From Camelus ferus (lineage: Eukaryota): DNA of 64,000 nt. Shown one piece after another: positions 1 to 13,915 of the stretch; position 1 is the stretch's first letter, and every line of letters begins with the position of its first letter. Below the pieces are notes generated by a model, which ran no database searches, was not told the origin of the DNA, and saw only the letters and a list, made by a program, of their open reading frames with translations. A program made the position numbers and the translations under genes. The stretch covers positions 61,506,001 to 61,570,000 of the forward strand of contig NC_045696.1 in the NCBI RefSeq assembly GCF_009834535.1. The letters run 5' to 3'.

Positions 1-600
1 GGGGGGCTGTCTCCCGCCTGAACCCGGAGACCCGACGCCGTCGTCGCCTCTTCCTCAGGAGAGAGGACGGGAGCCGTGGGTAAAGCCCGAGGGAGAAATG
101 CACGAAGGTACAGGGAAGCCCGGGGCAGACCGGGCGCTCGCTCCAGACCCTACTCTCCACCTTCCGGTAACCGCGTCTCTTACCGGTGATGGCGGTGAAC
201 TGCTGAATTAACCCCTTCAGCGCCGAGGACGCCGCGGAGCCCCCGTGGGCAGCCATCTTACCGCCGCCGCCGCTGCCGCCGAACAACAACACAGACACAC
301 ACGGACCGCCCTCCCCCACCTCGCCGCACGGTTTGCGCAGGCTCATTGACCGCCCCCTAGCTCCGCCCCTCCTACCCCGCCCCCCGCGGCGGTCAGCGCA
401 GGCGCACTTCCAGACCGGTTCGGGAGCGCTCTCCGCTCTCCCGGTTGGCTGCTCGGTTGCTGCCTGCTGCTGCACCCTTCTTTACAACCTCTGTTGCCTT
501 CCTTTCCAAGCTCCGAGGCCACTCTCATAGGCCGATATCACCGCGATATCGGTTCCTGGTTTCCGAAGGAAGCTTCAAGCTTGGCAGGCAGTAGATTCCC
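1..600. promoter_or_regulatory. CpG island / UBXN7 promoter
   Basis: Very GC- and CpG-rich, GCC repeats at 261-280, GC boxes near 350-385, NRF1-like GCGCAGGCGCA at 396-406, YY1-like AAGATGGC overlapping the start codon. Confidence 0.85.
184..256 (-). CDS. UBXN7: UBX domain protein 7, coding exon 1 (73 nt); gene continues beyond the left edge
   Basis: Minus strand reads ATG GCT GCC CAC GGG... = MAAHGGSAASSALKGLIQQFTAIT(G), followed by donor GTAAGA at 183-178. Matches the UBXN7 N-terminus as recalled and the known synteny with RNF168. Confidence 0.93.
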
Positions 601-1116
601 TGTCTTTCAGCTTCACAAGCTTTATTGACAGACTCAACTGCCGATGACAGTTTATTTTTTCTTTTTTGCAACTCCGGAGCCCTATGCTAGGTTTCCTGTA
701 GCTCCCATCAAAATACAAATCCTACATCATCGCACCGAAGCGACTTTCGCACCTGTTCTCCAACCACTAAACTAATTGCTTGGCCCGTCCAGCAGAAGTA
801 AACTATTAGAACCCTTCGTGCCAATAAAGCACAGGGCTCAGAGTCTGATACATAGTAGGTTTTAATAAACGATTGTCCAGTCCGCTTTCCTTCAATAAAT
901 ACGTCAACACATCTCCTCTTAAGGTCTCAGTTTCCTCACCTATAAAATGAGATGTCATTTATGTAAAGAAGAAATGTATATAAGTATACACAATATAGGA
1001 AAGAAATGTATAGAAAGGTCACTGGAAAGGTGTCCTCAAATATAATGGTTACCTCTAGAGAGGGGAGCAAGGAGGGGGTGGTGAAAGGGGACTTTGAGGG
1101 ATTCTTTTATCCTTTA

Positions 1117-1262
1117 TTTTTAGGGTTTGGGGGAGGAGAAGAGGGGAGGGAGGTAATTAGGTTTATTTATTTATTTATTTTTAGAGGAGGTACTAGGGAT
1201 TAAGCCCAGGACCTCGTGCATGCTAAGCATGTGCAGTACCACTTTCAGCTATACCCTCCCCC
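1117..1262 (-). mobile_element. tRNA-Ala-derived SINE (camelid Vic-1-like)
   Basis: Minus strand GGGGAGGGTATAGCT...CTTAGCATGCACGAGGTCCTGGG...CCCTAGTACCTCC plus (TAAA)n tail; TSD TATCCTTTA at 1108-1116 and 1263-1271. Confidence 0.85.
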
Positions 1263-4244
1263 TATCCTTTAGTTTTAAAAAATATAATATGAGTATGTTA
1301 TGTATATGATTTAAAGTACTTTAAAGAAAACAATTATAGGAGTACATTCAATCCTGATGATCCCCACCTTGAGGATAAAATTAAAGAGACTCAATTTAGG
1401 TTCTAGCCTCCCACCTCCCACCCACATATTTTGCATCTACACAGGAAAATGGCCCAATAAAAGATGAGTCATCTGGAGAAATGACCCATCCAAAGCACCT
1501 GTAAATGCACTATTGAGGTGAATTTAAAAATAACCAAGTCAAATCAAAGTAACCATAGGGTTATATGATTGGTGTATAAGAAAGCAGTCTCCTAATCAAA
1601 AGTATCGTCAGTTAAATGACAAACCTCCCAGGTTGCTACAATGCTCTACGAGGGTTGAGGAAACCTAGGACCCAGTTGCGGGTTGGGGAAGCTGTTTGGT
1701 ACATATTGACCCAGAGGTGCAAAAAAAGGAAGGGAAAACCAGAGCAAGAAACAGTGTGACATCTTCCTTCCTAAAGGCCTTAATCCTAAAGTCTGTGTCA
1801 CTGTAGCCAACTATGCAAAATCGGACTCCAAATAAAATAGTCCAACACCATTGACTACAAAAACTAGATACAATTATTCCTGCACCTCCATTAAATGAAG
1901 AGGCTAACAATGAGATCTGTATGTTTATTTCCAAGGTCTTAGGGTTCAGATATACTGATGTGGTTTTTAGATAAATCTTATGAAAAAGTGAAGATTGTGG
2001 CATCCACAACTCTAAAAAAGATTTTGTAGAAATTTTAAAAATAAGCTAAAAGAAAAGGAGTCAGCAAATTAATAACAAAACCTTGAAAAGAGTTTGGGGA
2101 TTATGAAAGAATATGGAAGATCTTTAGAATCACAAGAAAATGTTTAAATATATCCCCCAAATCATGGAAAATATTTTCTTAAAAACATACATTATCCTCA
2201 GAAAGAAAATTAAACTGCAAAAACATTATACATTAAATAATGGAAAATAAAACAATACAGAGCAAATATCCCAAAGCTAAATGTCAGTTACTATTTGAAT
2301 TCTTTCGCCAAATTACACTCGGATTTTGTTTTTGTTTTTAGGTCTGGTTTTAAGGCTCCCAGTCTCAAATAAATTTATAACATGTTACTGTAATTTAAGG
2401 GAATGACAGAGTAAATGAGCTAGAGGGGATATTCAAGGTAATCTGATACAACAGTTGTATTTTATTACTACTGTCCTGAGATTCAAAGAGTTTAAGAGAG
2501 TTGTTCAAGGTCACACTTGGTAAGGTAGAGCCTGGAATCCAAATCCTTTGAATCCTAGATAAATATACTATACTTTGATTGTAAAGCAAAATGACAGTAT
2601 TTTTTAAAGATAATTAGATTACATTTTTTTAAAAATCCAACAATATGCTGTTGATACAAGACATATCTAAAACATAAGGATAAAGAAATATTAAGGGAAA
2701 AATGAAAAAAACACACAGAGGTAGTATTTAGGAAATGAAAGGTGGAGTAGCTACATTCATTTCAGATAAAATAGCCTTTAAAGCAAAATGTATCATTAGA
2801 GATGAAGGGGGTCACTATATAATGACAAAAAGAACAAATCACCAGGAAGATAAAATAATTCTAAATCTGTATGGACCTAATAACATGGCGTCAAGTGTAC
2901 TGAAAAAAAATGTTTAAAGAAGAAATGACAAATGACAAATATACAATTTTACAACCTCCATCTCTCAGGCAAAAGTAATAAAGATACAGACAATACATAT
3001 TCTATTCAAGCACCTGTGGAACAAAATAAAAATTGACCACAAAGCAATTCTCAACAAATGTCAAAGAATCATTATAATATGGAACATGTTCTCTAAATAT
3101 TGATTAGTTAAATTAGAAATTAGTTTTAAAAGAATAACTTTTAAAAAAAAATCTCACATACTTGGAAATTAAAAACAAAGTGCTAAATAAGTCATGGGCC
3201 AAAAGCAAAATAAAAATGGTGTATCATTTAGGGTCCCCAAAGGTAACAGATGGTCAGGCAAATGATTTTTAAAGGAACACATTTTAAAGATGTGAGTGGG
3301 ATATATGGGAATCTAGGGACAGTGGAGGATCTGGGACTAGCAACGGTAGAACATCACAACCTTTAGGTCTAAAGGGATAGGAGAGAGGGATTTACTGGAA
3401 TACCAAAGGAGAATCTTATTTGTAAAGCAGGCCATCTTTTAAGAAGCAGTGACCTTCTGTCAAGGGATGTAACCAGCCTCAGGCAAACTCACAGAGAAAA
3501 GACCAGCAGTAAAAAATACCCTGACCTCCCCCTCCTCCTCTCTTCCATCTCCTGCCAGGAACTTCCACTGGCAGAATCCAATTGGAAGACAGAGGACACA
3601 GCAGCCTGTTGGGCAGAGAGCAGCGTGGAAGGGAGAGCAAGTGAGTGGGTCTGGAGGAGTAAAGGGAAGTTGATTGGCACAAATGGAAAGTGGAAAATAT
3701 TTCACTGAAATACATATAAGAATTTGTGGAATACAGTTTTAGCAGTACTTAAAGGAAAAAAGTATGTAAACTTAAATGGTTCTATTAGAGAAGGCTAGAA
3801 AATGAGCAGCTCAATAACTAATCAAGAAGTTAATAAATGAACAACAGAGGCTAACCTAGGGAAATTTGAAGAGGAAAGTTAGAAATCGATAAAATAGAAA
3901 ACAAAATACAAAAGAGAGGATTCAAAAAACCAAAAGCTAGTTCTCTGAAAAAACAAATAAAATTTAAACCCTTTCACAAATTAGATTAAGGGGAAAAGGG
4001 ACATAGTAGATATGGCAGTGATTTCAAAAATAAGAGACTATTATGAACAACAACTATGCCAATGAGTTAGGAAATAGATAAATGGCAGTTTCCTGGAAAA
4101 ATGTAATTTAGCAAAATTGACTCAACTATGAGAAGACTTATGATGATTAATGAAATTGAATCTGCCACACAAACAAACAGACCCAGATGATTTCTACCAA
4201 AAAAGTTAAGTAGATGATCCCAAACTTATGAAAATTATTCCAGA

Positions 4245-4282
4245 TAACTTAACATTGTAAATCAACTATACTTCAATTTAAA
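4245..4282 (+). mobile_element. Very short L1 3'-end insertion
   Basis: ACATTGTAAATCAACTATACTTCAAT (same terminus as the L1 ending near 57723) flanked by TSD AAAATTATTCCAGA at 4231-4244 and 4283-4296. Confidence 0.8.
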
Positions 4283-4550
4283 AAAATTATTCCAGAGAAA
4301 GAAACAAAAGAGACAAATAGCTAAAGAGGCTAGGCTAACCTAAATTTGAAAAACAAACAAAGCAGTAAATGAAAGTTCAGCCTCACTTATGGTTAGCTGA
4401 AATAATATTAAACTAAACCAATGTAAACAAAACTGAAAAAACCCTTAATAATCTAGGTAGAGAAAAAACATCCTCCACCTGATAAAGTATGTTTACTAAA
4501 AACACAGAGTAAACACCATTATAGTTAATAATAAAAACGTTTAAAGTCAA

Positions 4551-5036
4551 CAACCCAATTTGAAAATAGACAAAGGACTTAAATAGACATTCCTCCAAAC
4601 AAGATACACAAATGACCAATAAGCACATGAAAAGCTGCTCAACATCACTAACCATCAGGGAAATGCAAATCAAAACCACCGTGAGACATCACTTCATACC
4701 CCCAGGGTGGCTGTAATGGAAAAGTCAGATGATGATAAGTGTTGGCAAGGATGTGGAGAAACTGGAACCTCATAAGTTCCTGGTGGGGATATAAAACAAT
4801 ACGGCTGCCTTGGAAAACAGTCTGACAATTCCTCAAAAGGTTAATCGGTTACCTTATGATCCAGCAAGTCCACTTCTAGGTATGTGCACAAGAGAGATGA
4901 AAACATGTTTCCACACAAAAACTTGTAACAGATATTCACAGCAGCATCTTCCACAACAACTGAAGTGTCCATCAGCGGATGACAGATAATCAAAAGGTAG
5001 AACATCCACACAATGGAATATTTTTCAGCCATAAGA
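4551..5036 (+). mobile_element. L1 3' fragment (ORF2 C-terminus / 3' UTR)
   Basis: Classic motifs AAGCACATGAAAAGCTGCTCAACATCAC, GAAATGCAAATCAAAACCAC, AATGGAATA...CAGCCATAA. Confidence 0.85.
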
Positions 5037-5160
5037 AGGAGATATAGCTCAGTGGTAGAGCACGTACTTCACATACTTCACATACTGGGTTCAATCCCCA
5101 GTAACTCTATTTTAAAAAAAAGTTAAAATAAATAAACCTAATTACCCTCCCACTAAAAAG
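5037..5160 (+). mobile_element. Vic-1-like tRNA SINE with internal TACTTCACA tandem duplication
   Basis: TATAGCTCAGTGGTAGAGC A box, GGTTCAATCCCC B box, AAATAAACCTAATTACC tail shared with the other copies. Confidence 0.8.
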
Positions 5161-6162
5161 AAGAGTTTAAAAAAACTTGTTTAACAAACAAAAACATTTG
5201 AAGTCAAAAACAAGATAGGTATACATTTTATCACTATTTCTATTCAACAATATACTAGATGTTCAAGCCTTAGCAGTAAGACAAGAAAGAATATATAAAA
5301 AGTTTTTAAAGAAGGAAAAAGTTATCATTATAGACTATGTGAGTATTTACATAGAAAATCTAAGCAAACTGACAAATTTTAGAACAGTAAAAGAGTTCAG
5401 GTACATTTCTGGGATATAAAACCAACATGCACATTTTAAAAATGTATTTTTAAAGATGAGCAGCAAATAATCTGAAACTAATTTTAAAAATACTCCATTC
5501 ACAATAACACTAAAAAAAATGCATAGGTAGAGATTTAACAAAAATGTGCAAGGTCTTAAAAAATGATAAAGCTTTATTGATAGACATTAAATGAAAGAAA
5601 TCTAGTAAATCATGTATAGAAGGACCCACTATTATAAAAATGCCAATTTTCTATACATTAATCAATAAATTCAATCTAATTCTAATCAAAAACTCACAAA
5701 AGTTCTCAAATATTTTAATGGATAATTTTAAAATTCAAAAACAAAGGATCAACAATAGTCAAGACTTTTAAAGTAGAAGAAAAAGGTGGAAGTTTTGCTC
5801 CATTAGATATCAAGAATTATTATAAAGGTTGAGTAACTAAGACTGTGTGGTATTTTGGGGGAATCGACAGAGTACAGAGTGAAGTCCAGAAACAGGCACA
5901 AACGTATATGGACACAGTGACAGAAGTGATTTTATAGATCAGTGAAGGAAAGAATGGATTAACCAATCAATGACCCTGAGGCTAAATAAAATAAGATCCC
6001 AGTCCCATATCAGATACAAAAATAAATTATAGATTTATTAAATATTTAAGTGAGAATAGCAAAACTTTACAACTTTTATAATAGCATACGTATAGGGGCT
6101 TATCCTGAAGACTCCAAGTCAAACTGCTTTGCGTAACTTAAGGAGGGGATGCCATGCACTTA

Positions 6163-6180
6163 GTGCTCCAGGGGGCGCCA
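6163..6180 (+). promoter_or_regulatory. CTCF-like motif in a probable MER91-type element
   Basis: GTGCTCCAGGGGGCGCCA resembles the CTCF core CCACCAGGGGGCGC; the flank GGGGCGCCATTCAC is MER91-like by recall. Confidence 0.5.
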
Positions 6181-6756
6181 TTCACACAGACCAGGAGGCG
6201 ATGGGAAAGCCCTGCAGTTCTGTCTCAGGAGGGTCTGATCAAGGAAGGTAAAGATTTCTTAAAGAAAACATAAAATCACAAGCCATAAAGGCAAAAAGTA
6301 ACAAATTTGACTACATTAAAACTAGAAATATCTGTAAGGTAAGGGGGTGAGACTGAAATTTGACCCCAAAAATGAGCTGACAAGAATTTTGAGGAGTGGT
6401 ATATACTGCAGCTATAAAAAGAAAATCCAAAGGATAAAAATATCTGTTGTTTTTTTTTTTTTTTACCTTTCAGGTGAACTGAATGTTATCACCACCGAAA
6501 ATATGTATTACATTGTGGGACAGGCATTAAGCTGTTCAGAATACTATATATTATATCAGGAAATCTCAACTTACCTGGCTTAAATCATAAAAGTTAGGGC
6601 AAGGTCTGTGGCCAGTACCACAGGGCTCCAGGTCTGCTTCTCTCTTGACTTTCCCTCATCTGCCTGAGCTTTGTCCTAAGGTGGTAGCAAGAAAGCTGCA
6701 GCAGCTCCAAGCATCACAGTCACATTCAAAGAAGAGCCAGCTTATCTCTTCTGCTG

Positions 6757-6785
6757 TGTTTGTTTGTTTGTTTGTTTGTTTGTTT
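6757..6785. repeat. (TTTG)n microsatellite
   Basis: Direct reading. Confidence 0.9.
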
Positions 6786-8233
6786 TAATTGAGAAAGGAA
6801 ACATTTCCTAGAAGTCCCTTTAGGGACTTTCCTTCAAAATTCATTGGTTTGAATTGAGTCACAGTTTTGTTCCTAGAGCTGTCCCTGCCAAGGAATGTGA
6901 GATAAACATAACTGGTTTAGTAAAGCATATGGCTTCGTGGAGGAAGGTGGGTATTTCCCTAAAGTCTGGTGCTCTTTGGAAGAAAGAAGGAGGGGAATGG
7001 GTGTTAATTAGTCAATGGCCGGAATCTGCTCCATTCATAAAGCTGCACTCAGAGCATGATGAAATATTCCTCCGCTTCCTTTGCTCTGATTCTACTTTTC
7101 CCTAGAATCCCTCTGAGTAATATCTGACCTTTCCAGGTTCTTTGATACCAGGAGAATGGTGTAGGAGTATGTTGGTCATTGGAAACTCCTGTTTCTCAAT
7201 ATGAGATTTTAAAACTGGTATTTTGGTTTAGAATTAGAGTTTTCTGTTCCTACGGTTTTTACTATTTCGCGAATGTTGTGTAAACAGAATATACTGGATG
7301 GAGCCCTTTGAGTCTGGCTTCTTTCGTTTAGCAAAATACATTTAAGATTCATCCATGTTGTTGCCTATACCAGTATTTCATTCTCTTTTATTGCTGAGTA
7401 GGATTCCATTGTAAGCATGTTTACCTGTTTATCCATTCACCAGTTGAAGGGCATTTGGGTTGTTTCCAGTTAGGGGCCAAAGCTGTTATCAACTCATGTA
7501 CAGGTTTTTGGGTAAGCATATGTTTTCACTTCCCTTGGGAATATACCTGGGTATAGAATTGCTGGGTTATATAGTCAATGTATGTTTGACTTTATAAGAA
7601 GCTAATAAACTGTCCAGGAGTTTTTAAATTTCATTTTGGGGAAGACATCTGTCAATCATCACCTCAACCAAGGGATCAAACTAAGCATAGGTCAACTAAG
7701 CATAGGTCAACCTGATATTTTGTATTCCCGATGTGATATATTAGGAAATACACAGCATCACCTATGACATATTGTCGGCAAAATTGTTAAGTTTCTGGGC
7801 CTAATTTCCAGACTACAAGAAATACAGGAAGATCAAGGAACAAGTTAAAGGACACTATGAGGAAGACTCAGGCAAATCCAGACCACAGACATGTCACAAG
7901 ACAGCGGTGCTGGTCTCTTCAAATTGTCAATGTCATGGGCAGGGGCAAGCAGAGAGTGGGGGAGGGGGAAGCCAAGGTCATTTTCCTAGATGAAAAGGGA
8001 GTGAAAAGACAACCACCAAAGCAATGCCTTGATTGGATCCTAGCTGTAAACAAAAACAAAAACAAAAAAACAAAATAGCTTTGAACTTTTTTAGGCAAAC
8101 TGAAAATTTTAATATGGGCTCAATATGAGATGACATTAGGCAATTATTAATTTTCTTAGATATGATAATGATGTTGTAGTTATGAAAAAAGTGTTTTTAT
8201 TCCTCAGAGATACATTCTAACATAGTTAGGGAT

Positions 8234-8327
8234 TTTTTTTTTTTTAAATGGAAGTGCTGGGGATTGAATCCAGGACCTTGTGCATGCTAAGCATGTGCTC
8301 TACCATTGAGCTACTACTTTCCCTCCT
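8234..8327 (-). mobile_element. Vic-1-like tRNA SINE
   Basis: Poly-T then GGGGATTGAATCCAGGACCTTGTGCATGCTAAGCATGTGCTCTACCATTGAGCTA. Confidence 0.85.
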
Positions 8328-8891
8328 AGAGATAAAATATTATGAAGTCTGCAGTTTACAGACTTTTTCTTAGTTTTATCTTTTACTGAAGTATAGTTGA
8401 TTTGCAATGTTAGTTTAGGTGGACAGCAAAGAGATTTTTTTATACATATACATACATATATATACAAATATTTTCAGATTTTTTTCCATTATAGCTTATT
8501 ACAATAAACTGCATACAGTTCCCTGTTGCAATTCATTTTTAAATGGTTCAACAAATTTTAAGGTATATAAAATAGCTATGATAAAACGCTAACAATTGTT
8601 GAACCTAAGTAGTAGTATACAGGTATTCACTATACTGTTCTTTCAAAACATGATAATCATAGTTATTTTTAAATCTTTGTTTGATAATTCTAAAATCTGA
8701 AAACCTTGCATGTGTGTTTATTGTCATTTATCCTGCTTCTCATGCATGATGCCTGGGTTTCTCTGTATGTGCTCAGTTAATTTTTTTAATGCGAGGTGCC
8801 TATTTTTTGCAAAAAAATTCATGGGAATTCTTTGAAGTTAAGATTTCTCTAGAGATTAACCTTTGTTCCTGCCAACCATTTAGAGTCACTA

Positions 8892-9234
8892 TGGTAAAAA
8901 ATTAATAGAAACCTCAATTAAGTAGAGCCTGGAGATCAGAAGGGGGAGCTCTCATGCCCTGCCAAGCAGAACTTGAACGGAAGGAGAAAACTTTTTTCCT
9001 GGTGAGGACTCAGCCATTGAAAACCCTTGGACTCTTTATTTACTATAGCCCTCCCAACTTCCTTTTCCTCTCTATAAAAGCTTCTCCTTCCCTTGCTGTG
9101 TGGGAAATGCACGTGGCTCACCATGGTTGAACCCCCCTACCCCACCGCCCCCCGCGTTGCAATTCTCTGCTGATCCTGAATAAACCCATCTTTGCCAGAG
9201 AAATAGATGGCAGTCTACTTGCTTTAGGCCAACA
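8892..9234 (+). mobile_element. ERV solo LTR (ERV1-like)
   Basis: TG...CA ends, TATA-like CTATAAAA near 9073, AATAAA near 9179, ends TTTAGGCCAACA. Confidence 0.65.
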
Positions 9235-9514
9235 CTACCATACCAGGACCAATTTAAACTAAACTCGTAACTTGAGGGTTTCTGAACCACATAGGTGATA
9301 TGAACTTGGGCTACAAATCAACATGTGGGAATTGCCCTGGGGCTCCAGCTTCTCAGAGACGGCACCCACTCCCCATTAACCATCATTGAGGCAGCCCTCC
9401 ATGCAGCCTCATGGTGACAGGGTGTGGAAGTGTTATTTACTTCTGGTTCTCCCTCATCAGAGGGGTCCTAGTGTTTTGGGGGAGTGTTTCATACTATACT
9501 CCTTTTAGGGGCTA

Positions 9515-9904
9515 ACTTGTATCACTCTCAGATTTGCATGTTGAAAGTCTAACACCTAACACCTTACAACTTGACTGTGGTTGGAGAGAGGGACTTTAAA
9601 GAGGTGATTAAGTTAAAACTTAGGGTGGGCTGTAATCCAATGTGACCGGTGTTTTTATGAAGAGGAAATGTGGACACAAAAGGAGACACCAGGGATGTGC
9701 ACGCTCAGAGGAAAGACCATGTGAAGACACAGAGAAAAGGTGGCCATCTATAAGCCAAGGAGAAAGACCCCAGAATTAAACCAAACCTGTGGACATCTTG
9801 GTCTTGGACATCTAGCCTTAAGAACTGTGGAGAAGATAAATTTCTGTTGTTTAGGCCATCCAGTCTGTGGCATTTTGTTATGGCAGGCCTAGCAAACTAA
9901 CACA
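9515..9904 (+). mobile_element. MaLR MLT1 LTR
   Basis: Typical TTTAAAGAGGTGATTAAGTTAAAA, AAGCCAAGGAG, AAATTTCTGTTGTTTA...GCAAACTAACACA. Confidence 0.8.
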
Positions 9905-9947
9905 ACTCTCTACCTTGCATGGCCCTGGACTTTGTTATTGTTATTGT

Positions 9948-10124
9948 CAATGGAGGTACTGGGAATTGAACCCAGGGCCTCCTGCATGCTTAATTTATTA
10001 TTTTTGGTGGGAGGGAGATGGTTAGGTTTTACTTATTTATTTTTAGAGGAGGTACTGGGGATTGAACCCAGGACCTTGGGCATGCTAAGCATGTGCGCTT
10101 CCACTGAGCTGTAGCTTCCACCCC
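9948..10124 (-). mobile_element. Two abutting Vic-1-like SINEs (one truncated)
   Basis: GGAGGTACTGGG(A/G)ATTGAACCCAGG occurs near 9952 and near 10048; the first copy stops after CATGCT. Confidence 0.8.
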
Positions 10125-10351
10125 TCTAGCCTTTGACTTCTTTACTCCAGACCCCAAGGGATTGTGAAAATTGAAGCTCAAGTTTGCCAGCGCTAGCAGG
10201 TGCCCTCAAAGTGGGGAGACTTCAGTGCTCCCTTTTTCTTTCCAAGATTCCACATTCTCTTGACTTTGGCCCATTAATTCCTTACTATCCTGTCATCTCT
10301 TCAATGAATATAAGAAATTTTGTTTGTTTTAAAACAGCATCCAGTATTTTT

Positions 10352-11991
<1,640 letters not shown>

Positions 11992-12267
11992 CATCCAGTA
12001 TTTTTAGTTGTTCTCTGTGGGACAGTCTATCCAAACACCTCCCTCAACAGATCAGCTTTGCTGGAGCTGCAGCTCCATTATGGGGAGGAATTCATGTACT
12101 AAGAATGTCAATAGTCCCAATGACAGAAGGCTTCAAGGACAGAGGGAAGGAGGTGGAGAGAGAGGGGGACAGAGGACAGGAGAGAGGGAGGCAAGTGGAG
12201 AAAGAGGGACAGGAGAGAGTAGGAGAGAAGGAGAAGGAGAAACGAAAGAAAAGTCAAGAAATAATAA

Positions 12268-12440
12268 GATAAACAAATTTCTACTGTATAGCACAGGGAA
12301 CTAATTCAGTATCTTGTAGCAGCCTACAATGAAAAAGAATATGAAAACGAATATATGTATCTGTATGACTGAACTATTATGCTGTGTACCAGAAATCGAC
12401 ACAACATTGTAAACTGACCATACTTCAATAACAAAAAAAG
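12268..12440 (+). mobile_element. Short young L1 3' end
   Basis: CTGTATAGCACAGGGAACTA...ACATTGTAAACTGACCATACTTCAATAA plus A tail. Confidence 0.85.
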
Positions 12441-13409
12441 AAAATATTTTGTTGTTATAAACCAGTATCTGTGAATAGAAAAAAGCCAAGAAATAATAGA
12501 TCAGATGTAGGAGGTGGATTAGAGGCAAAAGTGAAGGACAACCTCAAGTCTTCAAGCCTGGGAGAAGAGAGAAGGGTGGTTAAAATCAAGAAGAATAGAA
12601 GAAAAGTGTATTTTCAGAGAATGACCATGAGTTAAGAGTGGTAGTAAGACTTCAAAGGGTAAGATGGAAATAACATTTTCAGTCACAGGAGAGTTACCAC
12701 CTGGTAAGTATAAATCTTAGTGTACAGACTCATGGAACAAGAAAAGCAATTTTATTTTTTCATAACTCAATTTAACTTTTATTATTTCCAGACCAGGGAA
12801 TCTTTATGTGGTCTAGGTGTTGGGTAGCCATCATTTAATTTCCCAAATCTTCTGCCCATACCCTGAGGTTGTTTTGGGTTTTGTTTACCACCCTGAGACC
12901 TAGGTTTTAAAATTTAGAAGATAAGAATTGACTCCTTTCTTTTTCCTGTTTTCTACTATGTAATTAGCACTAGTTAGGAATGGCTATCAGTAACAGAAAG
13001 CTTGAACACTAGTGGCTTAACTAATAGAGAGTTGTTTCTGTTACATAATGAGAGGTCCAAGAGAAAGCAGGCTGGTTGGTACTGGTTCAGTGAAGTCAGG
13101 GCTAATAACTCTCGGCCTTGTGCTCCTGTTTACAGGGTAGTTTTTGCAGCTCCAGCCATCACATCTGTGTTTGAGGCAGGAAGAAAGGGGAAAGACAAGA
13201 CAAAAACTTTCCCAGAACCACCTAGCAGATTTCTTCGTTATTCTCACTGGCCATAATTGTGTTTTAGGCCATGATTACAAAGAAAATTACATCTCATCCA
13301 AAAGTCGCCGACTTTCCTGATGACGGGACATAGGTATTTGTCCCAAATTAGATTCCACAGGACAGGAATTCCTTCTTACAAAGCAGCCCAGGCCTGTGTT
13401 CATGATGCC

Positions 13410-13915
13410 TGTGGTAGTTAAACAAACATATCTACAAATTCTTTGACATGACTCTTTTCAAAAAAATGGTACCTAATTCCTCTCTTCTTTAGTATATAGG
13501 CCAGATTTGATAACTTCATTTTAATGAAAACATGGCCAAAGTAACAGCATGAGACTTCCAATATGAAGCCATAAAAGGAATTGCAGCTTCCACCTTACTC
13601 CGTCTTGGATCACTTGCTCTGGGGAAAGCAGCTGTCATGTTATGAGGACACTCAAGCAGCTCTGTGGAGAGACCCACATGGCAAGGAACTGAGGCCTCTT
13701 GCCAGTAGCCGGCACTGATTTTCCAGTCCCAGCCAAATCTTCAGATGATTGCAGCCCTAAGTGACAACTTGTCTATAGCGTGAGAAGGAGTGCTAGCCAG
13801 AAACACTCAGCCAAGCCACTCCTGACCCACAAAAACTGTGTGAGATAATAAATGCTTATTGTCATTTTAAGTCACTAAGTTTTCGAGTAAGTTGTTACGT
13901 GACAATAGATAATTC
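13410..13915 (+). mobile_element. MaLR MLT1E/F-like LTR
   Basis: TGTGGTAG start, GGCAAGGAACTGAGG, GAGATAATAAATGCTTATTG...AATAGATAA end. Confidence 0.7.

Larger units (their letters stand above)
2600..6330 (+). mobile_element. Old, fragmented L1 ORF2 remnant interrupted by younger insertions
   Basis: ORF 2735-2917 (GVATFISDKIAFKAKCIIRDEGGHYIM...ILNLYGPNN) is an L1 ORF2 endonuclease-domain motif; A-rich L1-like sequence continues downstream. Confidence 0.75.

Noticed and set aside
333..530. GC-rich ORFs on both strands in the UBXN7 promoter
   Set aside because: Low-complexity ORFs expected by chance in a CpG island; no recognisable homology.
1665..2009. 114-aa minus-strand ORF
   Set aside because: No recognisable domain; antisense to A-rich, probably L1-derived sequence.
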